A DNA stretch of 64,000 nt from the NCBI RefSeq assembly GCF_006345805.1, contig NC_043001.1, forward strand, positions 89,714,001-89,778,000. Reading direction: 5' to 3'. Positions 26,980-39,924 of this stretch are shown here, in pieces. A program made the position numbers and the translations under genes. Positions within the stretch are counted from its first letter, which is position 1. Every line of letters starts with the position of its first letter. The DNA comes from Octopus sinensis. Taxonomy: Eukaryota. A model generated the notes under the pieces. It ran no database searches. It was given only the letters and a program-made list of their open reading frames with translations, and had not been told where the DNA came from.

Positions 26980-28100
26980 TGTCTTACAAACTACAACAAT
27001 TCAGGATGGTTTATTTGAAAATTTTGCGAGCTTTAATGTCCTATTTTTTGATGACTAAGGCATTTCTGAGTTTTAAATGGACAGTCTTTCTTAAAATGCA
27101 GACCTCGACACCCACAGCATGGATTTGGTCATATTATTCGTTTTTGTTTATTTATTCCCAGTCGACATGTCTGTACTTGAGAGAAAATATTTTCTTCAGT
27201 TTTCTTCATGTCCTGCCACAGGTTGATAATTCTTTGACATTCTTCTGCTACTGTCTGCAGGGTTAAATTCTGGTCCTCCTGTTCTAGTTTTGTAAGAGTC
27301 TGTGCACATATTTCTGCATCCTTGTCAGCTTTCAAACCTTGCACAAAGATGAGGCATTTAAACATGTCCAGAGAAAATTCCTTCAGTTTAAATTTTTTAC
27401 AGATTTTATTTATGATTCCGGCATAACTGGCAAAATCTTCATCTTCTTCTTTTACTAAGTTCAAACACCCCCAGCGAGTGTTAAACAGGGAACACTTATT
27501 GCTGAACATTTTGGATAGCAATTCAATTGTTTCCTTGAAAAAAGTTTCACTTGTTTTTTTAGCCAGAATAAAATTGCAGTATTTTTCATATTCTGAAGGA
27601 GCTGGTTTCTATAGCAGTAGTCTCACTTGTTCATCATCTGTCCAACCCTTGCATTCTTCCTTGAAAATTTCTTCATATCTTCTGAAGTACACTGAAAAAG
27701 TTATACCATCTTCTGGGTTATAACTAAATTCACTTGTAGCATTCACTATGCCGTCTGATGAAAATGAACTTGCAGTGTTTCCCAACATCCATATCAATTC
27801 CAGCAACTGCTGTTTGACTCTTGGGTACTGTTGTTCAACTTTTGAGTACTGTTGTTGGACTCTTGAGTACTGTTGTTCAACTCTTGGGTACTGTTATTCG
27901 ACTCTTGAGTACTGTTGCTGCTGTTTCTGTTGCTTTTGCAACCGTGATATGTCAGCTAATAGGTCTTTTATAATTAAAGAATTTTATATATCATAAAAAA
28001 ATTGGTAATGACCAACGTAAGCTTCAAATCACTTATTTCACCACTTTTGTAACTGGATATCCTTGTTGCCACTTTTGTATTGAGACCATTGTATGTCACT
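26980..28100 (-). mobile_element. Ty3/Gypsy gag region with PBS and LTR end, inverted relative to pol
   Basis: SEFSYNPEDGITFSVYFRRYEEIFKEEC and FKCLIFVQGL (K02A2.6-like gag); degenerate CCHC knuckle near 27030-27130; minus-strand ...GGTCTCAATACA then TGGCAACAAGG at 28060-28100. Confidence 0.8.
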
Positions 28101-31100
28101 CAATAAAATGCCTGATAGTGAATACGCATAAAGGACTATATAAATATAGCAGATTACCATTTGGTCTAAAGGTTGCACATACAATTTTTCAACAGGTTAT
28201 GACTGGAATGTTAGCATACTGTGAATTTGCAAGTCCATACCTGGATGATATATTAATTAAAAATGAATCTCATGATCAGCATGTTGGGCACGTAAAATGT
28301 GTTTTTAAAAAAATAAGAGATTACGGCTTCACACTGAGTGAGGAAAAATGTGAAATTTTCTTACCTAAAATTAGGTATTTAGAACAAATTATCAACAGGA
28401 ATGGATGATGACTGGACCCATTAAGGGCAGACACAATTAAAAATATGCCTCCTCCGACTAATATAATGACCTTACAAGCTTTTCTGAATTATTATCAAAA
28501 TTATATGCCAAATAAGCACGAATTGAGAGCTCCCTAAATAATTTGATAAAAGAGGATGTAAAGTGGAATTGGTCAAATAACTGTCAAAAGGCATTTCAGG
28601 ATATTAAAAAAAATATTAATATTGGATTTATTGCTGGCTCATTTTGATCCTGCAGCGGAGATTGTTGTGGCTTCAGATGCTTCTGAATACAGCATTGGAG
28701 CAGTAATGCTACTCAGATATAAAGATGGGAATATGAAGGCGGTGGTTCATACCTCACATTCTCTGATAGCGGCAGAGAAAAACTATAGGCAAATAGAGAA
28801 AGAAGTGAGATGTATGCAATCTGCACTGTACCACCCGAGTTCAAATGGGCAAGCAGAAAGGTTCGCAGACACATTTAAGTGAGCATTAAAAAGATCAGGA
28901 AATGAATTAGGCAATGATGCAGCACTAACTCAATCATTTTTGCCATGAAGAAATTTCACACATTTTTGCATGATGGAAGTTTTTGGCTTCAAACTGATCA
29001 CCAACCATTATTATCAATTTTGGGTTAAAAGAATGGAATTCCTGCCCATACAGCAAACAGGTTACGATGCTGGGGTACAATATTGTTGAATTATGACTTT
29101 AAGATGGAGTATATACCATCCAAGAGGTTAGGCCATGCGGATTGTTTACCAAGGCTAATTCCAAAAAAGTGGAACCATTGGAAGATACAGTAATAGCCTC
29201 ATTAGAAGCGGAAAATGAAATAAAAAAACATTTTGTGTAACATAAATCAGAAGCTGCCAGTAACTGTTCAAGGTATAAAATTAAAATCTGAGAATGATAA
29301 ATTCATTGCAAAAATGAAAGAAATGTTGAAGGTAAAAGAAAATAAAAACATACGTAACACAAACGCAAACCATTTTTCTCTATGTGATATGTTGATGTAC
29401 GCAGAATGAGTTGTAGTGCCAGCCACATTACAAACACGTGTATTAAGTGAATTTCATATTGGACACCCTGGGATTTCAAGAATGAAATCAGTAATGAGGA
29501 GTTACGTGTATTGGCCTACTATGGACTGTGGTATCAAACAATTGGTGAAATCCTACAGAGGTTGTGCTCTCGCAGCAAAGTCACCACTGGTGAAATTCCA
29601 ATCATGGCCTAAGACAGACAGTCCAGGCTACATATAGATTTTGCTGGACCAGTAAACAGTGTATTATGTGATCATAGTAGACAGCTCTACTGAGTGGCTG
29701 GAGATATGTAAATGCAGTCAACCAACCTCAAAGGTAACAATAAGGTCCCTTCATAAACTTTTTGTGTGATACAGTGTCCCGGAAACCATAGTATCAAATA
29801 ATGGAACACAGTTTTTGGGGTATAAATTTAAAAATTTCAGTGAGATGTATGCAATCTGCACCATACCACCCAAGATCAAATGAGCAAGCAGAAAGGTTCG
29901 CAGACACATTTAAGTGAGCATTAAAAAGATCAGGAAATGAATTAGGCAATGATGCAGCACTAACTCAATTCTTAAGGGTTTAGAGGGTAACACCTAACCA
30001 CAACACATGTTCAGACAAGTTGCCTGCTGAGCTAATGTTTGCCTGGAAGGTAAAATTGATTTTTGATAAATTGTTACCTACACAAAAAACTTATAGGGAA
30101 AACCAAAGAAACACCACAAAGTATTGGGTTGTCCGGAAAGTTTGTGCTGATTTTTAAAGGAAAGGTCAATAAATACTTGCCATTACATTTTTAATCAACC
30201 AAATATGAACCATTTTGTTGCACAATGCATCTCCTTCTTTCCTTTAACTTGAAAATACCCTCTTCCTAGAACTGAGGTGGTTTCATGGCAAATAATTCAT
30301 CAAGGTATCTTTTTATGTCATCAAAGGAATTGAAATTTTTACCATTAAGACTATTCTGCAGAGACCTGAATGAGTGGAAATCCAAAGGAGCAATATCTGG
30401 TGAATATGGAGGGTGGAGTAACACATCCCAGCTGAGCTGCAGCAATTTTTGTCTGGTTCCCAAAGCATCAAGTGCCGAAAATGAACTTTCTTACCTTCCA
30501 TTTTAAAGGGTTACAAAATTAACACAGGTTATAGGAACATAAACCTTCTTCCACAGAAAGACAGCCTAAACTGTGCTCTAAATGGAGGTGTAGTCAAATC
30601 CTATTTTATGGACTCAACCATGTTCTAAAATAAGTCGAAAAGTAAGCTGCTTTAAATCGGCACAAACTTTCCGCACAACCCAATATTTTAATGTGGAAGA
30701 TAAAGTTCATTTCAAAATATATAAGAATGGAAGACTGGGTTGGGAGTATGGTGTAGTAACAAAAAGAATAGGCAGTATGATGTACATAATGAAAGATCAA
30801 ATAGAGCACAAATGACATTTGAACCAGTTGAAGACTAGACATATCTAAGAAAGAGAAGAAATACTGATGGAAGTCTTTTGTGACTTGTTCGATGTTCCAA
30901 TGCCAAAAGAAGTTGAACCTAGGTGGATCAGCTATATAAAATGTAAACAAACAGAATGACTAGAAATAGTCCTTAAGCGAAAGAAGTATTAAAACTTCCG
31001 AGGAAATTAAAATCTCAAAAAAGGGAGAGGTGATGAGAAAAAAAATAGTATAAAATTTAATAAACAATTTGTATACTTCCTACAAAAATCAAATCTCAAA

Positions 31101-31108
31101 AGGGGAGA
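28101..31108 (+). mobile_element. Ty3/Gypsy pol remnant (RT, RNase H, integrase), interrupted by a mariner
   Basis: NTHKGLYKYSRLPFG, YLDDILI, ASDASEYSIGAV, AAEKNYRQIEKE, HIGHPGISRMKSVMRSYVYWP; many stops and frameshifts; polypurine tract AAAAGGGGAGA at 31098-31108. Confidence 0.9.
30124..30683 (-). mobile_element. Internally deleted mariner (same family as 54453-55727)
   Basis: TIRs TTGGGTTGTCCGGAAAG / CTTTCCGCACAACCCAA with TA on both sides; keeps the 5' ~220 bp and the HPPYSPDIAPLDFH C-terminus. Confidence 0.9.
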
Positions 31109-31403
31109 TGTTATGGCAAGTATCATGACACCTCCTGTGAGAATGGACTTGCTAAACTTGTATAAGTAGCAGTGTGTTTGACTGAGAGGGAGAGATGGAA
31201 AATCGTAGGGAGCTGTAAAGTGTTGTTTGAGAGTTCGTAGAGTCGCAGGAAATTGTTGAGAAGTTGTTATAATTCATTGAGTGTTGTTTTGGATTGGTTA
31301 CATTTGTTGGCAGAGTAGTTGGTGTCTGCCCCATTCCATGGTATTGTATATCCCACTGTTATTAGTGTACGTCACAAAAGTGACATATAGTGGTCTCAAT
31401 ACA
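31109..31403 (+). mobile_element. Gypsy LTR
   Basis: TG start directly after the PPT; ends ...GGTCTCAATACA, matching the inverted LTR end at 28076-28100. Confidence 0.7.
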
Positions 31404-32477
31404 AGAGTGGCGTCAAGGATATTCATTTACAAAAGTTATCCTTGCTGTAATGTTGCAGTCAGAGTTAACATTTGCTCTAGGGTCAGTAATGCAGTCAAGT
31501 TTCTAATAAAGGAGTAGTTTACACTACTTGTAAGGACTTTTGTTAATGAGAATTTAGTAAGCAATTAGTAACTCAATGGAGCCAAAGTAAAAGTAGCTGT
31601 GATTATAATTCATTGCAGCCTGCAACGCTCTGCCCTGCATATTAGAAGAAATGTTTTGTGGTAAACTGGATTCATTTTAGAGAATTCTGTTGGTTGTTCT
31701 GAACAGTTTTATGAGGAGGAAGTAACTTTTGAACATTAATTGTGAAACAAATGGTATTTACATTATAAATTGAAGAGACACCTAGTTTAAATGATTAAGA
31801 TTAAGTCTTTCCAATTGATCAGTTGATTTGAATTATAAAGTTCATTAACAGGAGTTATAAGGTAGGGTTGTGCTAAGCATGGGCCCAGGAACAGGAAATG
31901 CAGGGGGTGCACGTGCATCTCCTAAAGTTTTGGAGGATACTAAATCAAAATTTGTGTCCCTGCTTACTTTTCTCAGGTTTAGAAAACAGTGTGTAAAATG
32001 TGATTTGTAAAAAGTAGCTTGAAGTAGGTTTCTTCACAAAGAATTAAGAACATAAAAAACAGAACAAAAACAATAAGATCTGTTTTGTAAAAAAAATTGG
32101 ACCATGCTAGCACAGAAAACGGAAGCTAAACAATGATGATGATGATTATGATGTTTGCATCCCCTGAGCAAATTTTGTTCCCAAACCAGTGGTGCTAAGT
32201 GAAATAATTTCGCTACTTTTGCTACTGAAAGAATCTCTTTCTTAAGAAGAAGTACTATCATAGAACAAAGAATGAGAATGAGGAGTGTTCTGAAATTAGA
32301 ATCTGGTAAGTCTAACTCTGCCAGTTAAACTGTTTCTTCTGGTGATGTTGGGGCATCATGATAAATCACAAAATGAGACAATGTCAACTCTTCCATTGCA
32401 AGCAAACAAACTTGTCATTATATTCAAGTAACTCAACTTCTACCAAAAGGTTATTTTAGTTTCAGCACATGGATTAT

Positions 32478-32725
32478 GTGGAGGTGCGTGGCTTAGTGGT
32501 TAAGGTGTCATCATCATAATCGTAAAATTGTGGTTTTGATTCCTGGACTGGGTGACGTGTGGTGTTCTTGAGCCAAACACTTCATTTCACATTGCTCCAG
32601 TCCACTCAGCTGGCAAAAATGAGTAACGCTGCAATGGACTGGTGTCCCATCCAGGTAGGGAACATATATGCCACTGAAACCGGGAAACCTGGCCCATGAG
32701 CCTGGCTAGGCTTTAAAAGGATGCA
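32478..32725 (+). mobile_element. tRNA-derived SINE (family E)
   Basis: GTGGCTTAGTGGTTAAG A box, GGTTTTGATTCC B box and TTCACATTGCTCCAGTCCACTCAGCTGG core, shared with 50920 and 51570. Confidence 0.7.
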
Positions 32726-33529
32726 TTTATTTATTATATTTATATGGATTATATAAGAAAACGACAATGAGAAATTAGCCAAGAATTTTGGGAGATATTG
32801 ACTGGAGAACAACAGTGTCTAAAAATAAAAGTATAAAACAAACCCAAGGGCTCCCATTGGAGGAGTTGAGAGCAGAGATCAATTGAGTGAATTGGTGAAG
32901 TACTCCAAAAAGTAAATCTTTCCAACTGGGTTCTAGATGATTCCATGATTTGGGGTCAGTAGTATTAACTTCTATGTTGCCTGCTATATCTTCTTGTTTT
33001 ATTCACTTCCTCCAGAGTTGTATGAGATGATTTTATTTTACACAATTCCTTGTTGATTTAGAAAACTTCTCACTTTCTTAGACATGAATTGAGCTCTTTT
33101 ATTTACTATGGATAGCACCAGGAGTTCCAAAAAGAGAAAATAGCCTTCCAGATGTTGAACTAGAATTTTAGAGGTGGTAGCCCTGCAAGGAAACACAAAA
33201 GGGTAACTGATTAAGCATCAAATGTATCTGATTCAAGATACTGACTGCTTAAGATCCAAAATATTCAGTGAGCTATAATTGAAAAAAAAAATTAGGTCAT
33301 AGTTAGAAGCACAATTTGGTTGTCATAACAGGTTTCAAGAATATTCTTAGATGAAGAAGAAAGATTACTTTCTTTTACATAATATAACAGCTGTCTCACA
33401 CAAGAGTAACACTATTCAACATGAATGCCTTAAAGAAATATTTTTTATTCTGGTTGCGTTGAGCAGCTTATTTGAGACAATTCCATTTTCCACATTGATA
33501 ACAACATGGTAAAATTATATGAAGGGTCG

Positions 33530-33940
33530 CTGCCAGAGCAGCTGACTGGCTTCTGTGCCGGTGGCACATAAAAATCACTATTCAAACGTGATTGTTACCA
33601 GCGTCGCCTTACTGGCACTTGTGCTGGTGGCACGTGAAAAACATTTGAGCGAGGTCATTGCCAGTGCCGCTGGACTGGCTCCTGTGCAGGTGGCATATAA
33701 AAAACACTACTTGAGTGTGGCCATTGCCAGTACCACCTGACTGACCCTCGTGCTGGTGGCACGTAAAAGCACCCACTACACTCTCGGAGTGGTTGGCGAT
33801 AGGAAGGGCATCCAGCTGCAGAAACTCTGCCAAATCAGATTGGAGCCTCGTGCAGCCATCTGGTTGTCCAGTCCTCAGTCAAATTATCCAACCCATGCTA
33901 GCATGGAAAGCAGACATTAAACGATGATGATAATGATGAT
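33530..33940 (+). mobile_element. RTE 3' UTR / non-autonomous tail fragment
   Basis: Same tandem repeats and ...AACCCATGCTAGCATGGAAAG...AAACGATGATGAT end as the LINE at 4211. Confidence 0.8.
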
Positions 33941-34453
33941 GATGGCATGATTTCTGAGGGTAGAATTTTGTTATAATTATTTTGCATTAATGGAATTTAT
34001 CAAGTATAAATCAAGCACTGGTGGTTTGTAATAAGAGTAAAGCACCTTTCAAGGAGGGAGTGTTTCTATTTATGCAAACTGCTTACCCTTTGTCATACCA
34101 ACCCATCACAAACTGCTCTTGGTACTATGATAAGAGCTTTCACTTTTAATGTGATCTTAATTAAACCTTTCATCAAAATATCATATAAATTTATGCTCTT
34201 TTGAAAAATGATTTGAAACAACAGAAATCACACCTACACATACATACACGCACACATCCAGACCGCCAGCCCTCTTTCACACACACATACATACTCTCTT
34301 ATACACACCTGCACCTTCGTGTTGGGGGGTCATCTTTACTTTGTTATCTCCCCTAATTTCCTTTTCGTGTGTGACCCTTCTGTCCGAGTCAGTCGCCATG
34401 ATAGATCGTTGGCCACTACACACATTTTTTCTCTCCTTGTTTTTTCTGTGTCC

Positions 34454-34489
34454 CTTTCAGTAGAAGAGCGTCGGCTCGAAACGTAAAAG
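34454..34489 (+). ncRNA. Minimal hammerhead-ribozyme-like motif with variant core (CAGUAGA)
   Basis: CTTT-CAGTAGA-A-GAGC GTCG GCTC-GAA-ACGT-A-AAAG: stems I and II and the palindromic stem III are intact; core differs from CUGANGA at two positions. Confidence 0.5.
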
Positions 34490-35319
34490 ACTTTTTCTAT
34501 TCCTGAGTGTTATACTAATACTTCTGTTTGTTTTGTACACCACCTGTCTTTGTCTTTTGTTTTCTTCATAAACTCTCCCTACAGTAACGATTGAAGACTA
34601 ACAATTTCTTGAACAATTGGGAGGGAAGTACATTTCATCAAGGCTCTTGCTCTATCTGGAAACTGTGTTGTTCATTTATGGTAATAGACAAGCAACTCAA
34701 TGATCTTCTCAAGTTCCTTTTAAGAAGCAAGAATTTTAAGACATGTGAGTGGAAGCAGCCTGTCAGGAACTGGAGTAATTCTGTAATCTTGACTACAATA
34801 CCCAAGGAATTTCGTTTGTTTCATCAAAAACATATTTTATGATAACTAGAGTTACATTAGCTCTTTAGTACATGATGAATATGCCTTTAGATTGTTCTTG
34901 TGAACTTTCTAAGAGTTAGTGCACATGATAAGGCAATCTACATTTAAATAGATAGGCTCAAGGTTATTCAGAGAGATAATTCAGCCCATAACATACTCCA
35001 GAATACATAAGGCCAAATGGGAGTTTGTATACTAATACAATTGTCTCAAGGTTTCAAAATCAGTGTCAGAATAGTCTTTCATCTCCAGTATCTGTTGATA
35101 GTAGGCATATTTCATGTCGAATTTGCTAAGGTATAAAAGTTACAATATGATATGTATTAATTCATCAATGATAGAGCCTGGAGAAATGTTTGAAAGCTGA
35201 TAGAACAAGATAACATATCTAATTTTATTTTTTGGGATTTTACTATGACCTGAGTTACTGAGTTTTATTAAACCTTTTCAATGATTATAAAAGTGTGGTC
35301 AATAATGTAAGATAACTTT

Positions 35320-35640
35320 TGGTGGGTAAACAGGAGAAACATGATGATGAACAGCACAGCTCCCATGACTTTTGGAAACATTTTTTCACGCTAAGAGTTG
35401 CTGAAATATGGAACAGACTGTCAGCATCAGTTGTTAGTTGTTGGAGCACTGCATCCTTCAAAACTTCCATGCTTCCTGAGATTCGCCAACACTACACCTG
35501 ATTTCCCCCTCTCCATACACACGCAAGCATGGTATCTGACTCATACACTGTTCACTTTCCAGACATTTGTACATTACTGCATATACTTTATCCGCACTTT
35601 TGACAAGTTGTGGTGCACCTGAGCACTGTATACAATAATT
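35320..35640 (+). mobile_element. CR1/L2-type LINE 3' end
   Basis: HDFWKHFFTLRVAEIWNRLSASVV is a typical ORF2 C-terminus; second copy at 52600-52950. Confidence 0.7.
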
Positions 35641-36129
35641 TCATTATTATTATTATAATGAAATCCATCAACAATCATTCTTATTTCTTTAATGAGTTGA
35701 CTGTGAAAGATCAAGATGAAATGAGGGATTCAAGGATTCAACATAGAGTGAAGACAGCAGCAGTGAGTAGTGAAATAAGAAACTTGCAATAAAATAGCAT
35801 TCAACACTGCTCATATTTAGGAATGGTTTTGAGCAAAAATCATAACATGGAATAGAGCATGTGAAGAAAATTAAAACAGTTAAAATAAGACGTTGTTTAT
35901 GAGACTAATTAATGTCAGCATAAGACAATGTCTGTGAGAAAGATTATATGAATTTTGTCATTATGCATATGTGTATGTGTGAGGGTTTGTGTGTGTGTGT
36001 ATGCAAGTGAGTATGCATGTGTGTATTTAGGGAATGTAGATGTGGGAGTTTCTGTGTGTTTCTGTGTGTGTGTGTATCTGTGCAACAGAGAGGAAAATTA
36101 AAACTGTATATGTTGTGAACTTGGAATAT

Positions 36130-37380
36130 GTGTTTATTAATAAAAGTTTAATAATGATAGTCTTTTATTCATACGAACGTAACTGATATGAAATATGTCA
36201 TAAATAACAGTGACATTTTCATATGACACCGCAAATAATTGTTGTTGACACACTTCGGCAGAAATTGAATTCACCTCAATAGACGTCATTGATTGGTTGA
36301 AATTGTGGAAATGCAAGAAATTAAACAACAAATAGCTTACAAACTACAGAATTTTCTCAAGAAAGCCAAGAGAAAAAGATGTTTTATAAACAAATTCTAC
36401 CAGTATACGAAGTTTAAAAGTGTTTAGTTCCAAAGAAATTATTAAAAAAATCTGCCGGTCAAAGCGAAAACATCCGAATTTGGTAAAGAGAAAGTGTATG
36501 AATGCTTGCCATATATATTTATATAAACTTTTGGGAGAGTTTTTCGGATCGTGCTCACCTCCTTGCAACTTTGCTTTTTGATAATTCTCTTTAAAATACT
36601 CGTTTTTAAACAACGCTTTGTAGAAACATGTTTTCGAGAGTGTAGATTACCTAATATTAGTTAATATTTCAAACATTAATTTACAGAAAAGAAAGAAAGA
36701 AGAAAGAAAGAAAGAAAGAAAGAAAATGTTAAAGTGACCGAAATTGATAGAAACAAATTCGGATGGAAATGAATGATCCCAAACTCCTTCTTCATCCAAT
36801 TTTTTTCTAAATTTTATCAACATAATCGTAATTCACACCTTTGGAATCTCTTCAAAATTGCATTTAAAAAATACGCGTTTTCAGAATGTTTTGTCACTGA
36901 AGTATACAAGGGAGATAATCTACAGAAAGTAACTAATGTACAGTTATTTCCCTTAGAATGCATTTTAATTTTATTGTTCGGGTTGAACCTGGAATTAAAC
37001 AAAAGAAAGAAAAAAGGATTTGTGTGGATGCAAAGCTTCTCTAGGATATAAACCTTACCCGCACGTTTTCAAACAAATACACAAAAGAAACTAATACGTG
37101 TACAGAAAATTTCCAGCCGAACATTATTTGAACCCGCGTATCTACAAGTGTGAGTTGAACACACTGATTTTTCCCTCTGAATTCATTTTTAATTTCCATT
37201 TGTACGTCTTGCTTGAGTTTTTCCTCACCACTTATTTTATATAATTTTTTTTTTTTACTTATTTCAGCCATTTGACTGTGGCCATGCTGGGTACCGCCTT
37301 CAGGAATTTTTAGTCCAATAAGACGACCCCACCATGACTGAAACGTGTAAAAAGATAAAACTGCCTTTTTCATCTACAAA
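36130..37380. promoter_or_regulatory. CpG-retaining island, possible promoter/first-exon region
   Basis: Many more CpG dinucleotides than the depleted flanks, judged by eye; minus-strand donors CGG|GTAAGG (37058) and TAG|GTAATC (36650); no convincing ORF. Confidence 0.35.
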
Positions 37381-37812
37381 GAAAAACTCCAAAGAACACC
37401 AGATTATTTTAATGAAATAGATACCCCACCCTCACCTCTTGGCTCTTGCAGACTACCCAAGCATTTCATCTTCACCGCTTGACATCCCCCCATCACTATC
37501 GATTGTATCATCATTACCAGCCTGCCACTCGTGCCCCACCCCACCCCATTCTCTTTTGCATCCCTCTATCCTTCCCAACTTATGGCTCATTGTTCATCCA
37601 CCCTTTAGTCCTACTCAAATTTTGCAGTTTATCTCGTTTTTTGCTCCCCATACAATCCTGCAACCCCGTCCCTCCATTTCTGCTCATCTTGTACCTTATG
37701 GGCTCCTTAGTACAATTATCCATCTCTCTGTGACTCCTATTAATCATTCTCTTTTCTCTTTCTCTCTTCCCTTCTCTTATTAAATGTGAGTAACCGCGCA
37801 GATCTTCTACAG

Positions 37813-38564
37813 CAGTGCTACTCAAAGTGGTGGTCAGCTGCTGGTATGCAGCGAGTTTCCAGAAAAGAAAGAAATATTATAAAATGCTTGTAAAATGCTT
37901 CTAAAATACTCATGTAATATTGTATTATTTGCAGCGTGGAAGGTGTTTATAAGCCATTTAAGAAACACACAAAAACCGTTAGGTTCACTTCAACATTTAA
38001 ATTTAATTTGTCAAAGTATTTTCGTCGCTTTGAGACCGCGACCTGTTCACTGATAAAACTTCATGCTGCATCACTCGCTATGCATGTACATCTCCGTAAT
38101 TGTATTATTTGTTTACAAAATAAATATAAGATAAAAAAACTTGTAAACTTTATCTTTTTATCTTTTTACACGTTTCAGTCATGGTGGGGTCGTCTTATTG
38201 GACTAAAAATTCCTGAAGGCGGTACCCAGCATGGCCACAGTCAAATGGCTGAAATAAGTAAAAAAAAAAATTATATAAAATAAGTGGTGAGGAAAAACTC
38301 AAGCAAGACGTACAAATGGAAATTAAAAATGAATTCAGAGGGAAAAATCAGTGTGTTCAACTCACACTTGTAGATACGCGGGTTCAAATAATGTTCGGCT
38401 GGAAATTTTCTGTACACGTATTAGTTTCTTTTGTGTTTAAAATTATATTCATTATATATATTGTTTCCAGTATAAATTGATATTACTAAGAAATATTACT
38501 GCCCCCTGACACATTGGGAAAAAAAAATGCCAGTACGCCACATCAGATAGTTTGAGAAGCACTG
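37813..38564. mobile_element. hAT (Charlie-like) non-autonomous element
   Basis: TIRs CAGTGCTACTCAAA / TTTGAGAAGCACTG; 8-bp TSD TTCTACAG / CTCTACAA. Confidence 0.8.
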
Positions 38565-39019
38565 CTCTACAAGACCCTACTTTGTCCCACCCCACCCCAC
38601 TGCTCATAGTTTAATTCCTTGCCCCTTAGCATGAAGCTGATCCGCCACCTCCCTCAAGGTGCATGGTAACCTCAATAGTACAGGTGGTATGAAAAAAGCA
38701 CTCAGTCCACACTGTAAAGTAGCTAGCATTAGGAAGGGCACCCAACCATAGAAACCAAGCCAATGCAGAACCTGGAGCAATATGCTGTCCTTGGAGTTGT
38801 TGGAACCTGTTGGACAATCCAGCTCATGTCAGCTTAGAACATGGATATTAAATGAGGATGAAAGTGAGTGCAGTGGTTTGCTTTCCCATCCATGTTAAAA
38901 CATACATGGATATTACTTATATCATGAAAGAAGGCAAAGGCTTCATCATCATCATCATCATTGTCGTCATTGTTTTAATGTCTATTTTTCATTGATTGCA
39001 TGAATTTGGATGAAATTTA

Positions 39020-39375
39020 TTACTCTTTTACTCTCTTTTATTCTTTTACTTGTTACAGTTATTTGACCGTGGCCATGCTGGAGCACCGCCTTTAGTTGAG
39101 CAAATCGACCCCAGGACTTATTCTTCGTAAGCCTAGTACTTATTCTATCGGGCTCTTTTGCTGAACCGCTAAGTTACAGGAATGTAAACACACCAGCATC
39201 AGTTGTCAAGCGATGTTGGGGGGACAAACACAGACACACAAACATATACACACACATACATATATATATATACATATATACGATGGGCTTCTTTCAGTTT
39301 CCGTCTACCAAATCCACTCACAAGGCTTTGGTCAACCCGAGGCTATAGTAGAAGACACTTGCCCAAGGTACCATG
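39020..39375 (-). mobile_element. SINE family B copy
   Basis: Reverse complement of the GACCAAAGCC...GGAAACTGAAAGAAGCCC...GGTGCTCCAGCATGGCC consensus seen at 41612, 50310 and 56324. Confidence 0.75.
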
Positions 39376-39644
39376 CTACTTACCACACAGCCCCTCCTAC
39401 GCCTATTGTTGAGGCAAATTTTCTCCAGCTGGATGCCTTTTTTTGTTGCCAACCCATACCTGTTTCTTAGCCAGGTTAATCTATCATAGTTCTAAGATCT
39501 CTGAATATGAACAACAAGTTTGCACTGAAAATTGCAGCGAATGGCACTGCTGTCATTCATTTGACAATGACATTTGTTGACAAGTATTGCATGATGTCAA
39601 GATGTCAAGACAAGATGGCATAAACATATACTTGCATATATGCA

Positions 39645-39675
<31 letters not shown>

Positions 39676-39924
39676 CCATCACATACACCCATGCCAATAT
39701 GGGTATATCTGACAAAATAGACAAGATAGTCAAGCTGGAATACATTTGATTATAGTCAAGGCAGACAGTGAAGATGTGTCACCTAATAGTTAAGGTGTTC
39801 ACTCACAATCATAATGAAATGGGTTCAATTCCTGGACTGGGCAGTTCATTGTGTCCTTGAGCAAAGCACAATATTTCATTTTGCTCCAGTCTACTCAGTT
39901 GAAGAGTGCCAACTGAGTGCTGGT

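Noticed and set aside
31500-32270. Possible hAT transposase remnant (IIHCSLQRSAL)
   Set aside because: Single short motif, no TIR/TSD pair identified
37041-38283. Two ORFs sharing SFYTFQSWWGRLIGLKIPEGG...
   Set aside because: Shared text comes from the inverted DNA duplication, which includes a SINE tail; not paralogous genes
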